Source: an uncultured beta proteobacterium
GTDB lineage: Bacteria > Pseudomonadota > Gammaproteobacteria > Burkholderiales > Burkholderiaceae_C
Reading direction: 5' to 3'
NCBI GenBank assembly: GCA_963816315.1
Contig: CAWFJZ010000032.1
Location: forward strand, 46,030-110,029
DNA: 64,000 bases
Shown piece by piece: positions 61,618 to 64,000 of the stretch. The translations under genes and the position numbers were made by a program. Below the pieces are notes generated by a model. It saw only the letters and a list, made by a program, of their open reading frames with translations. It searched no databases and had not been told where the DNA came from. Numbering within the stretch: the stretch's first letter is position 1; each line of letters opens with the position of its first letter.

Positions 61618-62768
61618 GGTCTGCCGGATGCCTCGAGGTAGATCAACTCCATTTGGTCCTGATGCGGCCATGCCATCGATACGAGGGCAGCGCGCGCAAT
61701 CGCAGGATTCAGTCCGACGTACAGCGTACGGACATCACTTGGCAACTGCTCCGGCGCAACAACGGGCTTGCCGAACAGCGTCTTGCCTTGCTGATAAGGA
61801 CTGCGGTCCAAGAAACACTGGATCAGCTCCGGACGTTGCACGGTGCTAGCGATGTAGGCACCATAAAAACCAGAACCATAGACCGCTGCGGGCAAATCGC
61901 TTCGACGCGCCTCTGCCGAACGGATGCGCTGATTCAAAGCGGCCCAATAGCGCGCGAGAGCCTGCGCGTCGGCCAGTGTTTGTGAGGGGCTTGGAACCGG
62001 CGTGGGTGTGCCTGCCTTGCGGGCCGTGAAGATCAGCGCGCCTCGGTGTGCAGTCGAGTCGATGGAGATCTCTTGAAAGCCCGCATCTCGCAGCAGACGA
62101 TGCAGCGAAGGCGCCGTGAAATGGTTGACGTGATCGATGACGACGAAGTCGGCGACGTTGCCGAAGGTGTCGGGCACGATGCCGTAAAACACCCCTTCGT
62201 CGTTGAGCAGGCTCGCGATGTGGCTGACGGTCGCGCGTGGTTCGGGAATGTGCTCCAGCGCGAAGAACGAAGTCACCAGGTCGAAATGCTGCTCCCAGCC
62301 AGCCGGTGTGTTGTGGACGGCACAGTGCTCGACGGGCGCAAATCGACTCCAGTAAGGTCGGTACATCTCGCTGACGTCGAACAGATGCACTTGCAGGTCG
62401 GGGCGCTGGCTCAGCAGCCGCTTCGGCGTCGAGGCTTTCGCGCAACCATAGTCCAGAAGCAGCGCGCCTTCGGGTAGCTGGAGCTTGCCGAGCAGCGTGG
62501 CGACCTGATGATCGGTGCGGTAGATGATCTTCTCGTCGTGAACGGCATAGATTTGATCCTCGTCGTCCTGGTCGAGAAGAATCCGGTAGGCCGACTCGTA
62601 GTACGCGCTCGTGTCGGGCAAAGCTTCCCCGCGCAGATGACCGCACGCGCCGCAGGCCCAGACGCGTGCGCACCCTGGACGCAGCTCGCACAGCGAGGTC
62701 AGCGCCTGGTCAGACCCGGCGTCAAAAATCGGCTGGCCCAGCAGTTCGTCGCAGACGTTGCAGCGCAT
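61614..62768 (-). CDS. NDP-hexose C-methyltransferase-like enzyme (Zn-ribbon + class I SAM MTase + C-terminal Rossmann-like domain)
   Basis: N-terminal CNVC...CGACGH zinc ribbon, SAM motif (LLLDYGCAKAS...HLFDVS...DLVTSFFALEHIPEP) and C-terminal AAVYGSGFYGAYI...QGKTLFGKPVVAPEQL. The start could be 62768 or 62801. Confidence 0.65.
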   Translation of the reverse strand: MRCNVCDELLGQPIFDAGSDQALTSLCELRPGCARVWACGACGHLRGEALPDTSAYYESAYRILLDQDDEDQIYAVHDEKIIYRTDHQVATLLGKLQLPEGALLLDYGCAKASTPKRLLSQRPDLQVHLFDVSEMYRPYWSRFAPVEHCAVHNTPAGWEQHFDLVTSFFALEHIPEPRATVSHIASLLNDEGVFYGIVPDTFGNVADFVVIDHVNHFTAPSLHRLLRDAGFQEISIDSTAHRGALIFTARKAGTPTPVPSPSQTLADAQALARYWAALNQRIRSAEARRSDLPAAVYGSGFYGAYIASTVQRPELIQCFLDRSPYQQGKTLFGKPVVAPEQLPSDVRTLYVGLNPAIARAALVSMAWPHQDQMELIYLEASGRP

Positions 62769-62788
62769 TTGAATGTCTCGCTCAGAGG

Positions 62789-63634
62789 CTAGTTGGCGCA
62801 CAACTCGGGGTGCACGTCGCGAAAGTCAACGCCGGCAGCGAACGAGCCCTTCCAGGCATGGGAGCGTCCGGTAGGTTCGGCGAAGTTGAAGTACCGGAAC
62901 TGCATGGACCAACGCGCTCGCTGCCCGCGGTTGTGTCCGGAAGCATGCAACAGCAAAAAGTCGATCACCACCAGGTCGGTCGGCGATAACAAGGGGGCGA
63001 CACACGGGTAGCGTGCGATCAATGATTCTTCGTCCTTGAGCATCAGCCCATATGCGCGCGTGCGGGAGGCGTCGTTGGGATCGGAGGTGAAGACGGGCAA
63101 AGGGCCTTCACGGTGCGACCCTGGACAGAACTGGACAGGCCCGATGGTTTCGTCAACCGGCACCAGCGGGCTCCAGAACACCAGCCCGTCGAGGCTGCGC
63201 AACTGGGCGGGGTACTCCTGGTGCCATTGGGCGCGAAAGCGATCTTCGTTCGGGTTGTCGATGCGGATGCCGTAACCGCCGGCAGCGATCCCTGGCACGC
63301 TGCCGGGACGAAGCTCGCGCATCACTTGCTCGTGCGCCGGATGCGTCACCAGCCGCACGAAGGACGGTATTTGCTTGACTGCGTCGTACGTCTCTGCGCC
63401 CCAAGTGCGGTCGCTGCGGATCAGATCGAGATAGCCCGCGTCGAAGTCAGCCGGTTGGCACGGCCCACGACGGTCTTGCACACCATGGCGAACCATCACC
63501 TGCCCGATCACTTGGTGAATTGCATGTTGCACAGGTTCGATGTCGGCCCGCAGATCGTAGAAGCCTGGGATGACCAGCATTCCGGATTCCGCGAATGTCT
63601 GTCGTTGCTCAGTGCTCAGGAGCGTCGTGGTCAT
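62789..63634 (-). CDS. phytanoyl-CoA dioxygenase (PhyH) family Fe(II)/2-oxoglutarate oxygenase
   Basis: FAESGMLVIPGFY...WHQEYPA...PGSHREGPLP...LLLHASGHNRG...RWSMQFRY (His-x-Asp/Glu...His facial triad context). Confidence 0.8.
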   Translation of the reverse strand: MTTTLLSTEQRQTFAESGMLVIPGFYDLRADIEPVQHAIHQVIGQVMVRHGVQDRRGPCQPADFDAGYLDLIRSDRTWGAETYDAVKQIPSFVRLVTHPAHEQVMRELRPGSVPGIAAGGYGIRIDNPNEDRFRAQWHQEYPAQLRSLDGLVFWSPLVPVDETIGPVQFCPGSHREGPLPVFTSDPNDASRTRAYGLMLKDEESLIARYPCVAPLLSPTDLVVIDFLLLHASGHNRGQRARWSMQFRYFNFAEPTGRSHAWKGSFAAGVDFRDVHPELCAN

Positions 63635-64000
63635 CGTGCGCCCTCCTGGCTGCGGCCTGTGTGACCAAGCGCGTCGCGAACGAATCCGACAACACGATCA
63701 ATGTCGGAGTCGGTCAGGTCGTGATAGCTGGGAAGATTGATCGCTCGGGCCGTCATCCCATAGGCAACGCGGTGTTGCGGGCACGGTTCGAACATCGGCA
63801 GCTGACTCAACGGCCAGAAGAACACGCGGCCGTCGATGTTGTCGCCTTTGAAAGCATCCAACAATGCCTGACGGTTGAAAGGCACGCCTTGATCGACCAC
63901 GATGGTGGGCATCCAATAGCCATTGACCGTCTCGGCCGACTCCGGATTCATGGTCAACGGCAGCGTTCGCAATCTTTGCTCATAGGCCTTGAACACTCGG
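63631..64000 (-). CDS. DegT/DnrJ/EryC1/StrS family sugar aminotransferase (C-terminal fragment, 5' end outside window)
   Basis: C-terminal region ...NGYWMPTIVVDQGVPFNRQALLDAFKGDNIDGRVFFWPLSQLPMF...INLPSYHDLTDSDIDRVV. 4-nt overlap with the PhyH start. The frame stays open to the window edge. Confidence 0.75.
   Translation of the reverse strand, partial: RVFKAYEQRLRTLPLTMNPESAETVNGYWMPTIVVDQGVPFNRQALLDAFKGDNIDGRVFFWPLSQLPMFEPCPQHRVAYGMTARAINLPSYHDLTDSDIDRVVGFVRDALGHTGRSQEGAR

Overview
High-GC (about 68-70% by eye) betaproteobacterial chromosome segment, Burkholderiales-like judging from gene content. All gene names come from motif recognition in the supplied translations. No database search was run.

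**Core region (1-40.7 kb).** This is mostly conserved housekeeping:
- two family-5 ABC substrate-binding proteins, an ECF sigma/anti-sigma pair and ampG
- gatCAB, mreBCD-mrdA-rodA, recA-recX and sucCD
- a two-component system and a Ser/Thr kinase-PP2C-FHA signalling module
- one accessory-looking insert: a class III nucleotide cyclase-STAND protein lying convergent to a Crp-like regulator, a patatin-like lipase and an 1179-aa DyP-peroxidase/P450-like fusion

**Frameshift cluster.** A 2.2-kb stretch (35.5-37.7 kb) carries at least 10 single-nucleotide frameshifts across three consecutive genes. The genes on either side are intact.

**Accessory region (about 40.7 kb to the window end).**
- a tandemly duplicated type IV pilin locus with a TfpZ/FimB-like accessory gene; each pilin copy has its own sigma54-type promoter and terminator
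- a 16.3-kb head-to-tail array of seven TPR + GT41 (OGT/SPINDLY-like) glycosyltransferase paralogues, separated by 16-18 nt spacers, with two pairs of kb-scale 100%-identical tracts that cross gene boundaries
- a convergent amino-sugar tailoring cluster: DegT aminotransferase, PhyH dioxygenase, sugar C-methyltransferase-like enzyme, GNAT, WbqC and a CmcI-like methyltransferase

The pilin / GT41-array / sugar-cluster island is my best candidate for an undescribed system, namely a multi-enzyme protein-glycosylation island with unknown acceptors. The Crp-patatin-DyP/P450 module ranks second.

No rRNA, tRNA, CRISPR array, transposase or integrase was recognised. Many long ORFs in the track are antisense or off-frame shadows typical of high-GC DNA and were not called.
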